A program made the translations under genes and the position numbers. Below are positions 1-10,844 of a stretch of DNA of 64,000 nucleotides, in pieces. The stretch is from positions 3,502 to 67,501 of the forward strand of contig JBPOIH010000008.1 of NCBI GenBank assembly GCA_052034685.1. The letters run 5' to 3'. The notes under the pieces were generated by a model. The model was not told where the DNA came from, did no database searches, and worked only from the letters and a program-made list of their open reading frames with translations. Within the stretch, counting starts at the first letter, position 1; each line of letters begins with the position of its first letter. Source of the DNA: Patescibacteria group bacterium (lineage in GTDB: Bacteria > Patescibacteriota > Saccharimonadia > Saccharimonadales > CAYUUR01).

Positions 1-12
1 TCGGGTATATAG

Positions 13-2817
13 ATGGGTATAAAGCTGAGTTTTTCGCACCTCAAGGACACCAGACGAGAAGTCTTGGCTGGCTTGCTGTTGATAGGACTGTTTAGCTTTG
101 GATTTGTGCTGACTCCTAAGCTTGCACAAGCCCATGTTCAGATTGAGAATGATGCATATAACGATTCAGTAGAGCATGCGTGGGGCGAACTAGGTCCAGG
201 GCAGAATCGGCGTAGTTGGGCTGACGTATTGTATTGTCGGACGAGTGTTGAGAGGATAACGTTACCGAATGGACCTGGCGGTAGACCGCGTGCAGTCTAT
301 AAGTTCAAGACGTGGGTTAACGCTAATGCGCGTGGACATGCCTTTGAAGCGGGTGCGTTTGCTGATTCTACCCAAGGACATTGTCAGGATGATAATAACA
401 GTGCTTGGAATGGCAGTAGAGTGAACCTTAATGACGACTTGTTCAAAGTCGGTGGTAGGAAACCAGTTAATGTTACGGTTGGTGCGACGGCGTCTGACGA
501 AGCCCAGCCTGGTGTTCGTGACGGGGTAGCCGCCTATTCATTTGATGCCGGCGTGCGGTTGGCGCACGGTATAGACTTCACGAGCCAAGGCGGAGCGTAT
601 GGTGTTACTGGCGATGCTGCCGGCTATAAAATAAACGGTCGTGTTATCTGGTGTGCCGGTATCGACATCGGCCCAATCAGTAATCCGTATGCACCAGGTG
701 TTGGCACGAATGTGCGTTGGCCCGGTTGGTACTGGGGCGATTGTAGTGGCGGTAGTTTCTTGTTCAGAGCAGGGACGACTGCAACAGGAAACTTTGACAC
801 GCACTGGGGATCATACACGATCGGTGCAATGAAAGACGGCCAGACGGATAGTGGCGTGCGATGTGGTTGTAATTTAGGTGACACGATCCCCGGCATTAGC
901 CGAGCGGCTGACGGAACGGTAAATAACTTTGATCTAGAAACAGCCGGCATATTAATGCATGACGGTGTTGGTACGTATAACGGCAGTAGTGGTGTACCTG
1001 CTGGGTATGGTGGTAGCGCAGATGCTGCGGCTGCGGCTCGAGGCAACCCATATCCAATTCCTGTATCTGAAGCATGGGTAACCATGGAATGGGATCCGGT
1101 AACACGCGGCGGTGTTCAGGTTACTAAGTACCCATCTACCAGTGGACCAGACGCTAACGGCCATGCGACCGGCCCAATTGCCAATCCAGCAACGAGTCCT
1201 GGTAACCGCAATATTTGTATTAACCCGAGCATCGGTTGTGGCAACGGCAACCCGTTCACTGCGTTTAATTCAATCACTGCTTTGCCGGGTGGTTGGTATG
1301 AGATTGACATGAGTGCACCGAGTGGATTTAACATTTCGGCTGTACGCTACATCTATGGCACCAATTTCTCACTGCCGTACGGTACGTTAACTGACCCAGA
1401 TGGTGATGGTAAATACCAGGTATACATAGGCGGCGGTTTTGGGGCGAACGCAACATTGTACTTGGATGTCTACTACGAACCAGAGGCGCCGTCTACATTA
1501 AGTTGTTCAATCGAGTTAGCGCCGGAGTCTCCTGAAGCAAATCAAGGCTTTCACGTATGGTTGCGGTACGGGTACACTGGCACTCGAGCAGTGCAAGCGC
1601 GAGGGAATGTTGTACTCAACGGCACAAGCCCAACTCTTAATCGGGCCTATGGTTCCCTGGCGCTGGCTCCAGGAGCGAGTGGACGAATTAGAATGACGTC
1701 AACACCAGTCTCAGGGCCGGTAGGGGATTACACGGTGAATGCCAACATACAGAAAACTGATGGCGGATTGAACTTTAACTGTCCGCGAACGTTCCAGATT
1801 GCCGCCAAACCGTACTTTAAGGTATGGGCGAATGACGTGCAGGTTGGTGGCACATATAAAGATAGTAGTGGTCAGTGCGATGCAAGCGAAGGCAATCCTC
1901 TGGCGACGGTGATTGCTTACGGCGGTAGTCAAGGTGATGATCCTCCCGGCAGCAATGATTTCCGTGGGGCGTCGGCCGAGTACGCTGTATTTGCGCTCGG
2001 TGAGGTCCGTAACTATATCTCTGCCGGCAGGCGAAGTCCTCGTACTGGCATCGCCTCCCAGTGGCCAACACCACCGCACGGACTGACTTTTGCAAACGCA
2101 AGGATAGATCCATCAATACCTGCTGGTGATCCAGGTGACCCAAACAAGGTTATAAACTACGGTGGTGGTGGGGCTATACGGCACTGTGCTGAGAATTGGG
2201 TTGATGCCAGCAAAATTCCTGGGGACGCAACGGTACTGCCGTCGAACTACAGCTTTATTAACTTTGACTTGAATAACTTTAATGATGCCGTCGAATTGCA
2301 GAGGAATTCAGGAATTGTCAAAGTTAAAGGCAGTACTAATCGGTCTCGCTCCGTGTTTGTTTTAAATGAGAATGTCGATGTCGTAATTGATGGCAATATT
2401 GCTGCGAGTGACGGGAAGACTGTCTATATCATTGCAGCAGGAAACATAAAGATAGCAAAAGGGGTCAACAATATCAACGCGGTTTTGATCAGTAAAAAAC
2501 GAATCATAACCTGTACTGAGGACGACGGGTCGCTGATACCCAAAAACCAGCTATATGATCAATGTGGTGGGAATGACTCTGATCGCAAACTTGTCATACG
2601 TGGCGCGGTGATTGCACAAGAACTCAAGCTCTTACGCACCTACGGCACCCGCCTGCTGAGCCAAGAAAACGAAGCATACAACGCGGGAGCAGCGAATGCC
2701 GCCGCGGAGGAGATCATATTTGACCCAACGCTCTATACGACCAACCCAGCAATCAAAACACCAGAAAAGGCCAAAACACAGATTGACTTCATTACTTCAC
2801 TGCCGCCGATACTTTAG
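13..2817 (+). CDS. Large exported/surface protein (934 aa), function unknown, directly upstream of the type IV pilus operon
   Basis: Uninterrupted 934-codon ORF. N-terminal hydrophobic signal-anchor (LAGLLLIGLFSFGFVLTPKLAQA). Gly/Asn/Thr-rich composition. Internal antisense ORFs are short. Confidence 0.6.
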   Translation: MGIKLSFSHLKDTRREVLAGLLLIGLFSFGFVLTPKLAQAHVQIENDAYNDSVEHAWGELGPGQNRRSWADVLYCRTSVERITLPNGPGGRPRAVYKFKTWVNANARGHAFEAGAFADSTQGHCQDDNNSAWNGSRVNLNDDLFKVGGRKPVNVTVGATASDEAQPGVRDGVAAYSFDAGVRLAHGIDFTSQGGAYGVTGDAAGYKINGRVIWCAGIDIGPISNPYAPGVGTNVRWPGWYWGDCSGGSFLFRAGTTATGNFDTHWGSYTIGAMKDGQTDSGVRCGCNLGDTIPGISRAADGTVNNFDLETAGILMHDGVGTYNGSSGVPAGYGGSADAAAAARGNPYPIPVSEAWVTMEWDPVTRGGVQVTKYPSTSGPDANGHATGPIANPATSPGNRNICINPSIGCGNGNPFTAFNSITALPGGWYEIDMSAPSGFNISAVRYIYGTNFSLPYGTLTDPDGDGKYQVYIGGGFGANATLYLDVYYEPEAPSTLSCSIELAPESPEANQGFHVWLRYGYTGTRAVQARGNVVLNGTSPTLNRAYGSLALAPGASGRIRMTSTPVSGPVGDYTVNANIQKTDGGLNFNCPRTFQIAAKPYFKVWANDVQVGGTYKDSSGQCDASEGNPLATVIAYGGSQGDDPPGSNDFRGASAEYAVFALGEVRNYISAGRRSPRTGIASQWPTPPHGLTFANARIDPSIPAGDPGDPNKVINYGGGGAIRHCAENWVDASKIPGDATVLPSNYSFINFDLNNFNDAVELQRNSGIVKVKGSTNRSRSVFVLNENVDVVIDGNIAASDGKTVYIIAAGNIKIAKGVNNINAVLISKKRIITCTEDDGSLIPKNQLYDQCGGNDSDRKLVIRGAVIAQELKLLRTYGTRLLSQENEAYNAGAANAAAEEIIFDPTLYTTNPAIKTPEKAKTQIDFITSLPPIL

Positions 2818-2948
2818 GGGTTGTAGGCCACAACGCTTATGCTATAATTTTGGTAAGACGAACTACGTATTGCTCTCGGGTGGGCATGACGAAGTTCAGA
2901 GAATCGCATGAAGACATACAAAATACTTAGAACGAGGAAGCAAAGTCG

Positions 2949-3989
2949 ATGAGCATTATTAGTGGTGTTTCAGATTTCTTTGGTCTCGATATTGGCACAT
3001 CGGCGATTCGTATGGTGCAATTGACAGGCAGCGGAGCAGTAAAGTCGCTGGTTAAGTATGCGTATGTGCCTGTTGATCCAAAGATTTCCATGAGCGATTC
3101 CAAGGCCGACCAGCAAAAGCTGGTACAAGTTGTGAAAGAACTGATTAGCGAAGCAAAAGTGTCGACCAAAAACGTTGCGGTGGGCTTGCCTTCTGCAAAG
3201 GTATTTACCACAGTCGTAGATATTGACCGTTTGTCGACGGATGAACTCGCCAAGACAATTCGCTTCCAAGCAGATTCACTCATACCGACACCACTGGCAG
3301 ATTCCAAGATAGATTGGGCATTATTAGGCGATTCGCCAAAGGACAAGACAAAAGTTGAAATATTGCTTTCGAGCGTAACCAACGAATTTGTAGAAAACCG
3401 TCTTGATATGCTTGAGTCAATTGGGCTTAATGTCATAGCATTTGAACCAGATAATCTTGCGCTGACGCGTGCACTAACACAGCCGGACGCGCCAGGGGCG
3501 CAGATGGTGCTTGATATCGGCTCCAAGAACACCGATCTTGTTATTACGATGAATGGATCACCGCGCCTGACGCGTTCAATCCCAACAGGTTCAGAAGCAA
3601 TCATTAGAGCTGCCATGCAGAACCTCAGCATTGACGAAAAGCAAGCCCAGCAATTTGTGTTCAAGTTTGGCCTCGGCAAAGATAAGCTCGAAGGACAGAT
3701 CTACAATGCCATTATCGGTACAGTAGAGATATTGACCGGCGAGATAGAGAAGTCAATCAAATTCTTCCAGACACGTTATACGGACGCCAAACTAGACAAA
3801 ATTGTCGTAACGGGCGGTGCTTCATCATTACCAGAATTCCCGCTCCACATAGCGAATAAGTTTGCTATGAGCGTAGAAATTGGTAATGCCTGGCGCAATG
3901 TATCGTTTGATCAATCGCAACAAAATGACCTACTCGCTGTGTCCAACAGCTTCGGCGTGGCGGTAGGGTTAGCGGAGAGAAACGAATGA
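2949..3989 (+). CDS. pilM: Type IV pilus assembly protein PilM (actin-like ATPase fold)
   Basis: N-terminus FFGLDIGTSAIRMVQL is typical of PilM/FtsA-like proteins. The stop overlaps the next start (ATGA). It lies upstream of pilN/O-like genes. Confidence 0.85.
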   Translation: MSIISGVSDFFGLDIGTSAIRMVQLTGSGAVKSLVKYAYVPVDPKISMSDSKADQQKLVQVVKELISEAKVSTKNVAVGLPSAKVFTTVVDIDRLSTDELAKTIRFQADSLIPTPLADSKIDWALLGDSPKDKTKVEILLSSVTNEFVENRLDMLESIGLNVIAFEPDNLALTRALTQPDAPGAQMVLDIGSKNTDLVITMNGSPRLTRSIPTGSEAIIRAAMQNLSIDEKQAQQFVFKFGLGKDKLEGQIYNAIIGTVEILTGEIEKSIKFFQTRYTDAKLDKIVVTGGASSLPEFPLHIANKFAMSVEIGNAWRNVSFDQSQQNDLLAVSNSFGVAVGLAERNE

Positions 3990-4651
3990 TCCAGTTAAAC
4001 TTACTACCAGACATTAAGCTCGACTACATAAAAACAAAGCGCACTAAGCGTACCCTGACGCTTGTCGCTAGTTTGGTTGCCGGCGTTAGCCTCAGTCTGC
4101 TTATTCTGCTGTTCGTCGTAGTGAATGTGCTTCAGAAGCAGCACATCAACAATTTAACAGCAGACATCGCCACTGATAGCCAGACGCTTGAGAGTACGCC
4201 TGACCTGAACAAGATTTTGACCATCCAGAATCAACTACGCGCCCTACCAGAGTTACACGGTGCCAAACCAGAAACAAGTCGGCTCTTTGGCTATCTCAAG
4301 CAACTTATACCAAACGATGTAAAGATATCGCAGCTCGACGTTGATTATTCTACGAGTACGATTTTGTTTACGGGTACCGCCAAAGACATCGAAAGCATCA
4401 ATACATTTGTTGATACGCTGAAGTTTACAACGTATCGGGTTGGTACCGAGGAACCGAAGAAGGCATTCCCAGAGGTTGTATTATCAAGCTTCTCACGGAG
4501 CGAAGACACATCAAACTATCAGATCACTGTGAAGTACGATCCAGTTATCTTTGATAACACCAAAGAAGTAGATTTCATTGTGCCAAAAACCGTAACGACA
4601 CGTTCACAGACTGAAAAGCCTGCAGCGTTGTTCGAACAGGGAGGGAATTAA
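3986..4651 (+). CDS. pilN: PilN-like pilus assembly protein
   Basis: Starts MIQLNLLPD followed by a basic stretch and one TM helix, the PilN N-terminal signature. Translationally coupled to pilM. Confidence 0.7.
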   Translation: MIQLNLLPDIKLDYIKTKRTKRTLTLVASLVAGVSLSLLILLFVVVNVLQKQHINNLTADIATDSQTLESTPDLNKILTIQNQLRALPELHGAKPETSRLFGYLKQLIPNDVKISQLDVDYSTSTILFTGTAKDIESINTFVDTLKFTTYRVGTEEPKKAFPEVVLSSFSRSEDTSNYQITVKYDPVIFDNTKEVDFIVPKTVTTRSQTEKPAALFEQGGN

Positions 4652-4652
4652 C

Positions 4653-5321
4653 ATGGCAATGCAACAGACTTCAGGCAAGCGTCTCCAGATCAATAAGGCA
4701 AACACAACTATGGTGGTTGTCGTGGCGGTTGCGTCATTCGTGACAATGTTTTCGCTCGTTGCGGCGAAGGCTCTCTGGGACCAACGCAGTTTCCAAGCGC
4801 GAGTCATTACAGAAAAAGAAGCAGCTAGAACACAGCTGCAAACTAATGTGGCAGCGGTTGATAGCCTCGTTAATTCCTACAAAGCTTTTGTGGGGACATC
4901 GGAGAACGTTATCGGCGGTAGTTCAAGTGGTAAGGGGGACAGAGATGGCGACAATGCCAAAATCGTGCTTGATGCACTGCCAAGCAAGTATGACTTCCCA
5001 GCACTAGCGACAAGCCTCGAGAAGATACTGAAGAGCGGTGACTACACCATTGGCAGCATCACAGGAACAGACGATGAGGTCAACCAGCAAGCTACACAAC
5101 TTACCTCAACAACAGTTGAAATTCCTTTCCAAATCAGCGCATCTGGTTCGTACGCTAGCATGCAGAAACTCGTAGGATCACTAGAGAGTTCAATCAGGCC
5201 GTTCAGCGTATCAAAGATCAGTTTTACCGGAAGTGATAAAGATCTGCAGGCCCAGATAGATGCCAAGACATACTACTTACCCGAAAAGACACTAAGGATT
5301 ACCACAAAGGAGGTGAAATGA
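4653..5321 (+). CDS. pilO: PilO-like pilus assembly protein
   Basis: Single N-terminal TM helix plus a coiled-coil segment. Its position after pilN fits PilO. No sequence motif was recognised beyond this architecture. Confidence 0.5.
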   Translation: MAMQQTSGKRLQINKANTTMVVVVAVASFVTMFSLVAAKALWDQRSFQARVITEKEAARTQLQTNVAAVDSLVNSYKAFVGTSENVIGGSSSGKGDRDGDNAKIVLDALPSKYDFPALATSLEKILKSGDYTIGSITGTDDEVNQQATQLTSTTVEIPFQISASGSYASMQKLVGSLESSIRPFSVSKISFTGSDKDLQAQIDAKTYYLPEKTLRITTKEVK

Positions 5322-5569
5322 AACAAAAAGACATCGCCTTAATCCTCGTAATTGTGTTTGTGAGCGGTCTTCTGTCGTTCTTTGTTTCGAGCTACCTACT
5401 TGTGCCTTCTTCTGAGAGAAAAGCGCAGGTTGAAGTCGTTGAGCCAATTGTTGCCGACTTCACTGAACCAGACAAAACATACTTCAACAGTAAGTCCGTC
5501 AATCCGACGCAGACCATCCAGATTGGCGGGAACGGCAATACTGCACCATTTGAATCTAACTCTAACTAG
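5318..5569 (+). CDS. Small single-pass membrane protein of the pilus operon (possible PilP analogue)
   Basis: 83 aa with an N-terminal TM helix (IALILVIVFVSGLLSFFVSSYLLV). The start overlaps the pilO stop (ATGA). Confidence 0.45.
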   Translation: MKQKDIALILVIVFVSGLLSFFVSSYLLVPSSERKAQVEVVEPIVADFTEPDKTYFNSKSVNPTQTIQIGGNGNTAPFESNSN

Positions 5570-5580
5570 CGGAGAAAAAC

Positions 5581-7389
5581 ATGAGTGTACTCTCCGCAGC
5601 AACCCAACAACAGGTTGAAGAGAGCCTCGTCAAAGAGGGCAAAATAACCAGCACGCAGATAGCTGCAATCAAAAAGAAGGCGGAGACTGATCATACGCCG
5701 TTTTTTAGTGCGCTGGTGAGTGATGGCAAAGTTAGCAATGAAGACTTGACCAAAACCATAGCTCAGGTTACAAACGTTCCGTACGTTAACCTGAGTACCG
5801 CTCGGATTGACCCAGAGGTTCTAAACCTCTTACCACGTGATACGGCGGAGCGCTATATGGCGGTACCGCTTGGTGAGATGCAACATCGTTTGGTGGTTGC
5901 CATGCTTGATGCCGACAATGTGCAGGCCGTCGACTTTTTGTCTAACAAAATTGGCCGACCACTCAAGGTGTATACCGCAAGTGAAGAGGGTATTCGCCAA
6001 GTGCTTGGCCAGTACGACAACGCCAATATCGACAAAGAAGTAGCCGGGGCTCTCGGCACGCATCTTGAAGAAGAAGAAGCCGAAGCTGAAGCTGGCAAGA
6101 AGCCAACCGGTAAAAAGGACGAACAGAGTATCGAGACAGTCGTCCAAGATTCACCGATCAGCAAAGCTTTATCAGCAATACTTGATTACGCCGCAACCAA
6201 CCGGGCTAGCGATATCCATATCGAACCCCTGGAGAAAGAACTCAAGATTCGCTGTCGTGTCGATGGTATCTTGCGCGAAATTATGAAGCTACCTAAGAGT
6301 ACTGAGCCGCCGTTGGTGTCTCGTATCAAGATTCTGGCGAGTCTGAAAATTGATGAGCACCGGATCCCGCAAGACGGTCAGTTCACCATTATGGTCAATA
6401 AGAGACCGATTGACTTGCGTATTGCGATATCGCCAGTCGTTTGGGGTGAACAAGTCGTTATTCGTTTGCTTGATAAAACAGGTACAAGTTTGAAACTCGA
6501 GGATATGGGGTATCGTGGTCGAGCGCTCCGGATGCTACGGAAGGGCGCTGGCAGGCCAAACGGCATGATTCTCACCTCTGGGCCAACCGGTTCTGGTAAG
6601 TCGACCTCTATGTATGCTTTGATCCAGGAGATCAAAAACGACGCCGTTAACATCGTTACGCTTGAAGACCCAGTTGAATACAAGATGTCCGGCATTAACC
6701 AGATACAGGTTAATCCTGACGTTGGCCTGACTTTTGCAACCGGTTTGCGTTCAATTTTGCGTCAAGATCCTGACGTGGTGATGGTCGGTGAGATTCGCGA
6801 TAAGGAGACGGCTACTCTGGCAATTCAAGCCGCATTGACGGGTCACTTGGTGTTCTCGACGCTGCACACTAACTCTGCCGCTGGTATTTTGCCGCGTCTC
6901 CTCGACATGGGGATCGAGCCGTTCTTGATTGCTAGTACCGTTCATACGGTGATTGGTCAGCGACTGGTTCGTCGGATTGCTACCGAACGTGAAGAGTACC
7001 AGTCATCTGCAGCAGAAACAGAGGCCATACACGCAACATTGGGCAAATTTTTGCCAGAAAAAGCTGAAGACGTCGAGAAAGCCAGCAAAGAATTCGGCTA
7101 TAAGAGCTTGCCACTGAAGGGTCAAAATGCTTATACTTTGTTTAAGGGCATAGAAGGTCCCGGTAGCTTGGGTGGCTACAAAGGCCGAATGGGGCTGTTT
7201 GAAGTATTTGAAGTCACCTCCGCCATACAAGATCTTATCTTGAAGCGAGCACCAAGCACTGAGATCCAAAAAGCAGCCCAAGCAGAAGGAATGGTCACAA
7301 TGCGCGAAGACGGCTATTTGAAAGCACTCGAAGGTGATACCAGCTTGGCTGAAGTGGACAGGGTAGCGGCCTCGGATAACAATACATAA
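5581..7389 (+). CDS. pilB: Type IV pilus extension ATPase PilB (GspE family)
   Basis: N-terminal T2SSE_N-like domain. Walker A GPTGSGKST. Asp box, His box and Walker B (VMVGEIRD) of the GspE/PilB family. Confidence 0.9.
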   Translation: MSVLSAATQQQVEESLVKEGKITSTQIAAIKKKAETDHTPFFSALVSDGKVSNEDLTKTIAQVTNVPYVNLSTARIDPEVLNLLPRDTAERYMAVPLGEMQHRLVVAMLDADNVQAVDFLSNKIGRPLKVYTASEEGIRQVLGQYDNANIDKEVAGALGTHLEEEEAEAEAGKKPTGKKDEQSIETVVQDSPISKALSAILDYAATNRASDIHIEPLEKELKIRCRVDGILREIMKLPKSTEPPLVSRIKILASLKIDEHRIPQDGQFTIMVNKRPIDLRIAISPVVWGEQVVIRLLDKTGTSLKLEDMGYRGRALRMLRKGAGRPNGMILTSGPTGSGKSTSMYALIQEIKNDAVNIVTLEDPVEYKMSGINQIQVNPDVGLTFATGLRSILRQDPDVVMVGEIRDKETATLAIQAALTGHLVFSTLHTNSAAGILPRLLDMGIEPFLIASTVHTVIGQRLVRRIATEREEYQSSAAETEAIHATLGKFLPEKAEDVEKASKEFGYKSLPLKGQNAYTLFKGIEGPGSLGGYKGRMGLFEVFEVTSAIQDLILKRAPSTEIQKAAQAEGMVTMREDGYLKALEGDTSLAEVDRVAASDNNT

Positions 7390-7400
7390 AGGTGGGTAGT

Positions 7401-8468
7401 ATGCAGGGACAACCAAAAATTGAAATTTTACTCGAAGAAGTCATCAAAAAGAAGGGCTCTGACCTTCATTTGCAGGTGAGTTTGCCGCCAATGTTGCGCG
7501 TAGATGGCGCACTAACGCCGGTACCAGGAACAGAGGCGCTGACCGAAGAAGCGGTCGAGGCACTTATCTTTGCTATTTTGGACGAAGATCAAAAGCAAAT
7601 ACTGCTCAAGGACAAAGAATTTGACTTCAGCTTTGCCTTTGGCGACCTTGGTCGATTCCGTGTAAACGCCTTCCACGAGCGTGGTAACTTAGCGGCTGCT
7701 CTTCGTCTTATTCCTAACGAAATCCTCACCATTGAACAGCTTGGTCTGCCGCCGATTGTCAGCAAATTTGCTGATTATCCACGTGGGCTTGTGCTTGTAA
7801 CTGGGCCGACCGGTTCTGGTAAATCTACGACGCTAGCATCTATGGTGCATAAGATTAACGCTGAGCGAGCTCAACACATTGTGACGATTGAAGACCCGAT
7901 TGAGTTTACACACAAGAGTAACAAATCGGTTATTGTGCAGCGTGAAGTTCACTATGACACCTACTCATTCTCTGCTGCATTGCGCTCTAGCTTGCGCCAG
8001 GATCCTGACGTCGTGCTTATCGGTGAAATGCGTGACCTTGAGACTATTGCCGCTGCGATTACCATTGCAGAAACAGGTCACTTGGTCTTTGCGACGCTGC
8101 ACACCAACAGTGCTTCACAGAGTATTGATCGTATGATTGACGTTTTCCCACCGCACCAGCAACCACAAATCCGCTCACAGCTGGCCAACATTCTGCAGGC
8201 AATTGTCTCACAGCGTCTAATACCAGCGATTGGCGGCGGACGTATCGCCTCTGCGGAAATCTTGGTAGCTACGCCAGCGGTACGCAATATCATCCGTGAG
8301 GGCAAGAGTCACCAGCTTGAGGCAGTCATCCAGACTGGCGCCGAGTTTGGTATGCAGTCGATGGACAAGACACTGGTTTCACTGATTCACAACGGTACGA
8401 TAACGTACGACGAAGCACGCAATTATGCGGTTGACCTCGACGAATTAGATAGGCTGATGAGGGGTTAA
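7401..8468 (+). CDS. pilT: Twitching-motility retraction ATPase PilT
   Basis: GPTGSGKSTT Walker A, IGEMRD, ATLHTNSA and AIRNLIREGK-like (AVRNIIREGK) PilT signatures. I prefer the ATG at 7401, preceded by AAAGGTGG, over the GTG at 7392. Confidence 0.9.
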   Translation: MQGQPKIEILLEEVIKKKGSDLHLQVSLPPMLRVDGALTPVPGTEALTEEAVEALIFAILDEDQKQILLKDKEFDFSFAFGDLGRFRVNAFHERGNLAAALRLIPNEILTIEQLGLPPIVSKFADYPRGLVLVTGPTGSGKSTTLASMVHKINAERAQHIVTIEDPIEFTHKSNKSVIVQREVHYDTYSFSAALRSSLRQDPDVVLIGEMRDLETIAAAITIAETGHLVFATLHTNSASQSIDRMIDVFPPHQQPQIRSQLANILQAIVSQRLIPAIGGGRIASAEILVATPAVRNIIREGKSHQLEAVIQTGAEFGMQSMDKTLVSLIHNGTITYDEARNYAVDLDELDRLMRG

Positions 8469-8477
8469 TACAACACG

Positions 8478-9704
8478 ATGCTGACATTTTCTTACACCGC
8501 TCGAGACCCTGCAACCGGCCAAAAAGTAAAGGCTGAAGTTCAGGCCGAGAACGAGCAAGCCGCCGCGCGTTTGGTGCAGCAACAGGGCTTGTCGATGTTA
8601 GAAATGAACCTCAAAGAAGGTGTTGGTGGTAATGCTGGCCTTGGTAAGTTTATCAAACGCATCAAAGCCAAGGACAAAATCCTCTTTTCACGGCAACTAT
8701 CAACCCTGATCAATGCAGGCTTACCGTTGGTACAATCACTTAGAAGCATAGCCAAGCAAACCAAGAACAAACACATGAAGGTCGTAGTTAATCAGGTTAT
8801 TACTGATGTTGAATCAGGCCAGGCATTTGCTGCCGCTCTCGCGAGTCATCCGACGGTGTTTGATAATGTATTTGTGAACCTCGTTGCCGCCGGTGAAGCG
8901 TCTGGTACTCTTGATAAATCACTAGAACGTTTGGCAAATCAGCAAGAAAAAGACGCCGAAATCATCAGTAAAGTGCGTGGCGCGATGGTATACCCGGCAA
9001 TCGTATTGCTCGTTATGGTGCTGGTGGTTGGTTTCATGGTGCTCAAGGTGTTGCCACAGGTTGAAGAGCTCTATACCTCAATCGGTGGCGGGGCGAGCTT
9101 GCCAATCCTAACGCGCGTATTGCTTGGCGTTTCGGCCTTTGTCCGTAACTACTGGTACTTTGCCATTGCGATATTTGTTGGCATGATTTTCTTTGGTAGT
9201 CGCTGGGCACGCAGCTTTGGTGGTAAACGAGTGATTGACCGGCTAAAGATGACCATGTGGCCTGTCGGTAATCTCTTTATGAAGATGTATATGGCTCGTT
9301 TTGCTCGCACCGGTACAACTTTGGTTGCGAGCGGTGTGCCACTCGTACAGACGCTGCAGATCACCGGTCGGTCAATCAATAACATTCATATTGAGGAAGC
9401 ACTCAAACAAGCTACTGAAAAGGTAAAGGCAGGTAAGTCGCTGTCAGAATCACTTGAAGGTAACCCAAACTTCCTTGACCTCGTGCCAAACATGCTCAAG
9501 ATTGGCGAACAATCTGGCGCTATGGAGCAGATGCTCGAGAAAACCGCTGACTATTATGAAAAAGAGGTCGACAACGAAATCAAGACGATATCCACGATAA
9601 TCGAGCCGATAATGATGATTTTGCTCGGTATTGTAGCGATTACCATAGTTGCAGCAGTCTTGTTACCAATTTATGGACTTGTCAACGAGGTTACGGTAGT
9701 ATAA
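8478..9704 (+). CDS. pilC: Type IV pilus platform protein PilC (T2SS F family)
   Basis: Two T2SSF-type repeats, three or more TM segments, and motifs FSRQLSTLINAGLPLVQSL and MLKIGEQSG. Confidence 0.9.
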   Translation: MLTFSYTARDPATGQKVKAEVQAENEQAAARLVQQQGLSMLEMNLKEGVGGNAGLGKFIKRIKAKDKILFSRQLSTLINAGLPLVQSLRSIAKQTKNKHMKVVVNQVITDVESGQAFAAALASHPTVFDNVFVNLVAAGEASGTLDKSLERLANQQEKDAEIISKVRGAMVYPAIVLLVMVLVVGFMVLKVLPQVEELYTSIGGGASLPILTRVLLGVSAFVRNYWYFAIAIFVGMIFFGSRWARSFGGKRVIDRLKMTMWPVGNLFMKMYMARFARTGTTLVASGVPLVQTLQITGRSINNIHIEEALKQATEKVKAGKSLSESLEGNPNFLDLVPNMLKIGEQSGAMEQMLEKTADYYEKEVDNEIKTISTIIEPIMMILLGIVAITIVAAVLLPIYGLVNEVTVV

Positions 9705-9735
9705 AGCTAACGCTAAAATAAGGATGGGCACCACA

Positions 9736-10260
9736 ATGAAACTGAATAGCAAGAATAATAACCAAGGCTTCACCATCATCGAAGTCCTTATCGTCCTGGT
9801 AATCGCCGGACTGATTATGCTGATCGTCTTCTTAGCCGTCCCGGCTTTACAGAGAAACAGTAGAAATAATCAGCGCAAGAGCGAAGCTGGTCGCGTTTTG
9901 ACAGCAGCAAGCGAATGGCGAGCAAATAATATGCCAAACTGGCCAGCATCGTGTGTACCGGCTATATTTGGACCATGCTCAGGCGCTCCAAACAATACGC
10001 GCAATGCGATACTCGGTAATGCCGGCACTCTATCCATTTATGGTGGCAATAATATGAATGTCATCACTGATACTACCGGAAACACGGGCGCCCTCGCGTC
10101 GAGCGCACTTGGAACAACGTTGCGCACTACTGGTACTGGTCTGGTGATATTGTTCGGACAAGCTTCATGTGTTGACAATACCATTAATACTGGCTCCAGC
10201 TTCATAGTTGCTTATGCACTTGAAACCGGTAATGGTAGCTGGCAAGCGGTGTGTAACTAA
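9736..10260 (+). CDS. Type IV major pilin paralogue 1 (prepilin)
   Basis: 11-aa leader ending in Gly, then FTIIEVLIVLVIAGLIMLIVF (class III signal, Glu+5). I prefer the ATG at 9736 (AAGGA upstream, same leader length as paralogue 2) over 9724. Confidence 0.85.
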   Translation: MKLNSKNNNQGFTIIEVLIVLVIAGLIMLIVFLAVPALQRNSRNNQRKSEAGRVLTAASEWRANNMPNWPASCVPAIFGPCSGAPNNTRNAILGNAGTLSIYGGNNMNVITDTTGNTGALASSALGTTLRTTGTGLVILFGQASCVDNTINTGSSFIVAYALETGNGSWQAVCN

Positions 10261-10345
10261 AATATAGTTGCAATTTGTACATACAACAGTTAGTATCCAT
10301 ACATAAGCACTATGCTTTTAGCACAAATAAGGGGGAATTAAAGCA

Positions 10346-10825
10346 ATGCAAACAAATCTAAAGAAAAAGACCGAAGGCTTCACCATCATCGAAGTCTTGA
10401 TCGTCCTGGTTATCGCCGGACTGATCATGCTAATCGTGTTCCTGGCTGTACCAGCCTTGCAACGCAATAGCCGTAACACGCAACGTAAGAACGATGTAGC
10501 AGGACTACTAGGCGCAGTATCTGAGTACGCGAACAATCGTAACGGGGCAATGCCAACAGCAATTGCAAATGTCACGGATAATGCAAAAGTTGGATACTAC
10601 GATAAGACAACCACCGGTGTTATCACACTTGATACTGATGGCACAGCAACAAACCCTAACGACGTTGAAAAGGTAGTCATTGTTGTTAAAGGCAAGTGTG
10701 CGACATCTGGAACACCAGCAGTTAACACTGGCGATGCAGTTCCTGGCGGAGCACGACAAGTAGCTGCACTGTACACAGTTGAAAACGGTAGCGGCACCCC
10801 AGACAAAATTTGTCAAGAAGGCTAG
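10346..10825 (+). CDS. Type IV major pilin paralogue 2 (prepilin)
   Basis: Leader MQTNLKKKTEG then FTIIEVLIVLVIAGLIMLIVFLAVPALQRNSRN, identical to paralogue 1. Strong SD (AAGGGGG). Followed by an intrinsic terminator. Confidence 0.9.
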   Translation: MQTNLKKKTEGFTIIEVLIVLVIAGLIMLIVFLAVPALQRNSRNTQRKNDVAGLLGAVSEYANNRNGAMPTAIANVTDNAKVGYYDKTTTGVITLDTDGTATNPNDVEKVVIVVKGKCATSGTPAVNTGDAVPGGARQVAALYTVENGSGTPDKICQEG

Positions 10826-10844
10826 TAGTCAACGAAGTGCAAAC

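Noticed and set aside
3986-3989. Alternative genetic code (UGA recoded, as in some CPR lineages)
   Set aside because: TGA is used as a stop at well-defined gene ends, including the ATGA overlaps at 3986-3989 and 13001-13004. Conserved proteins such as ThrRS, PilB and Tgt read through without internal TGA.
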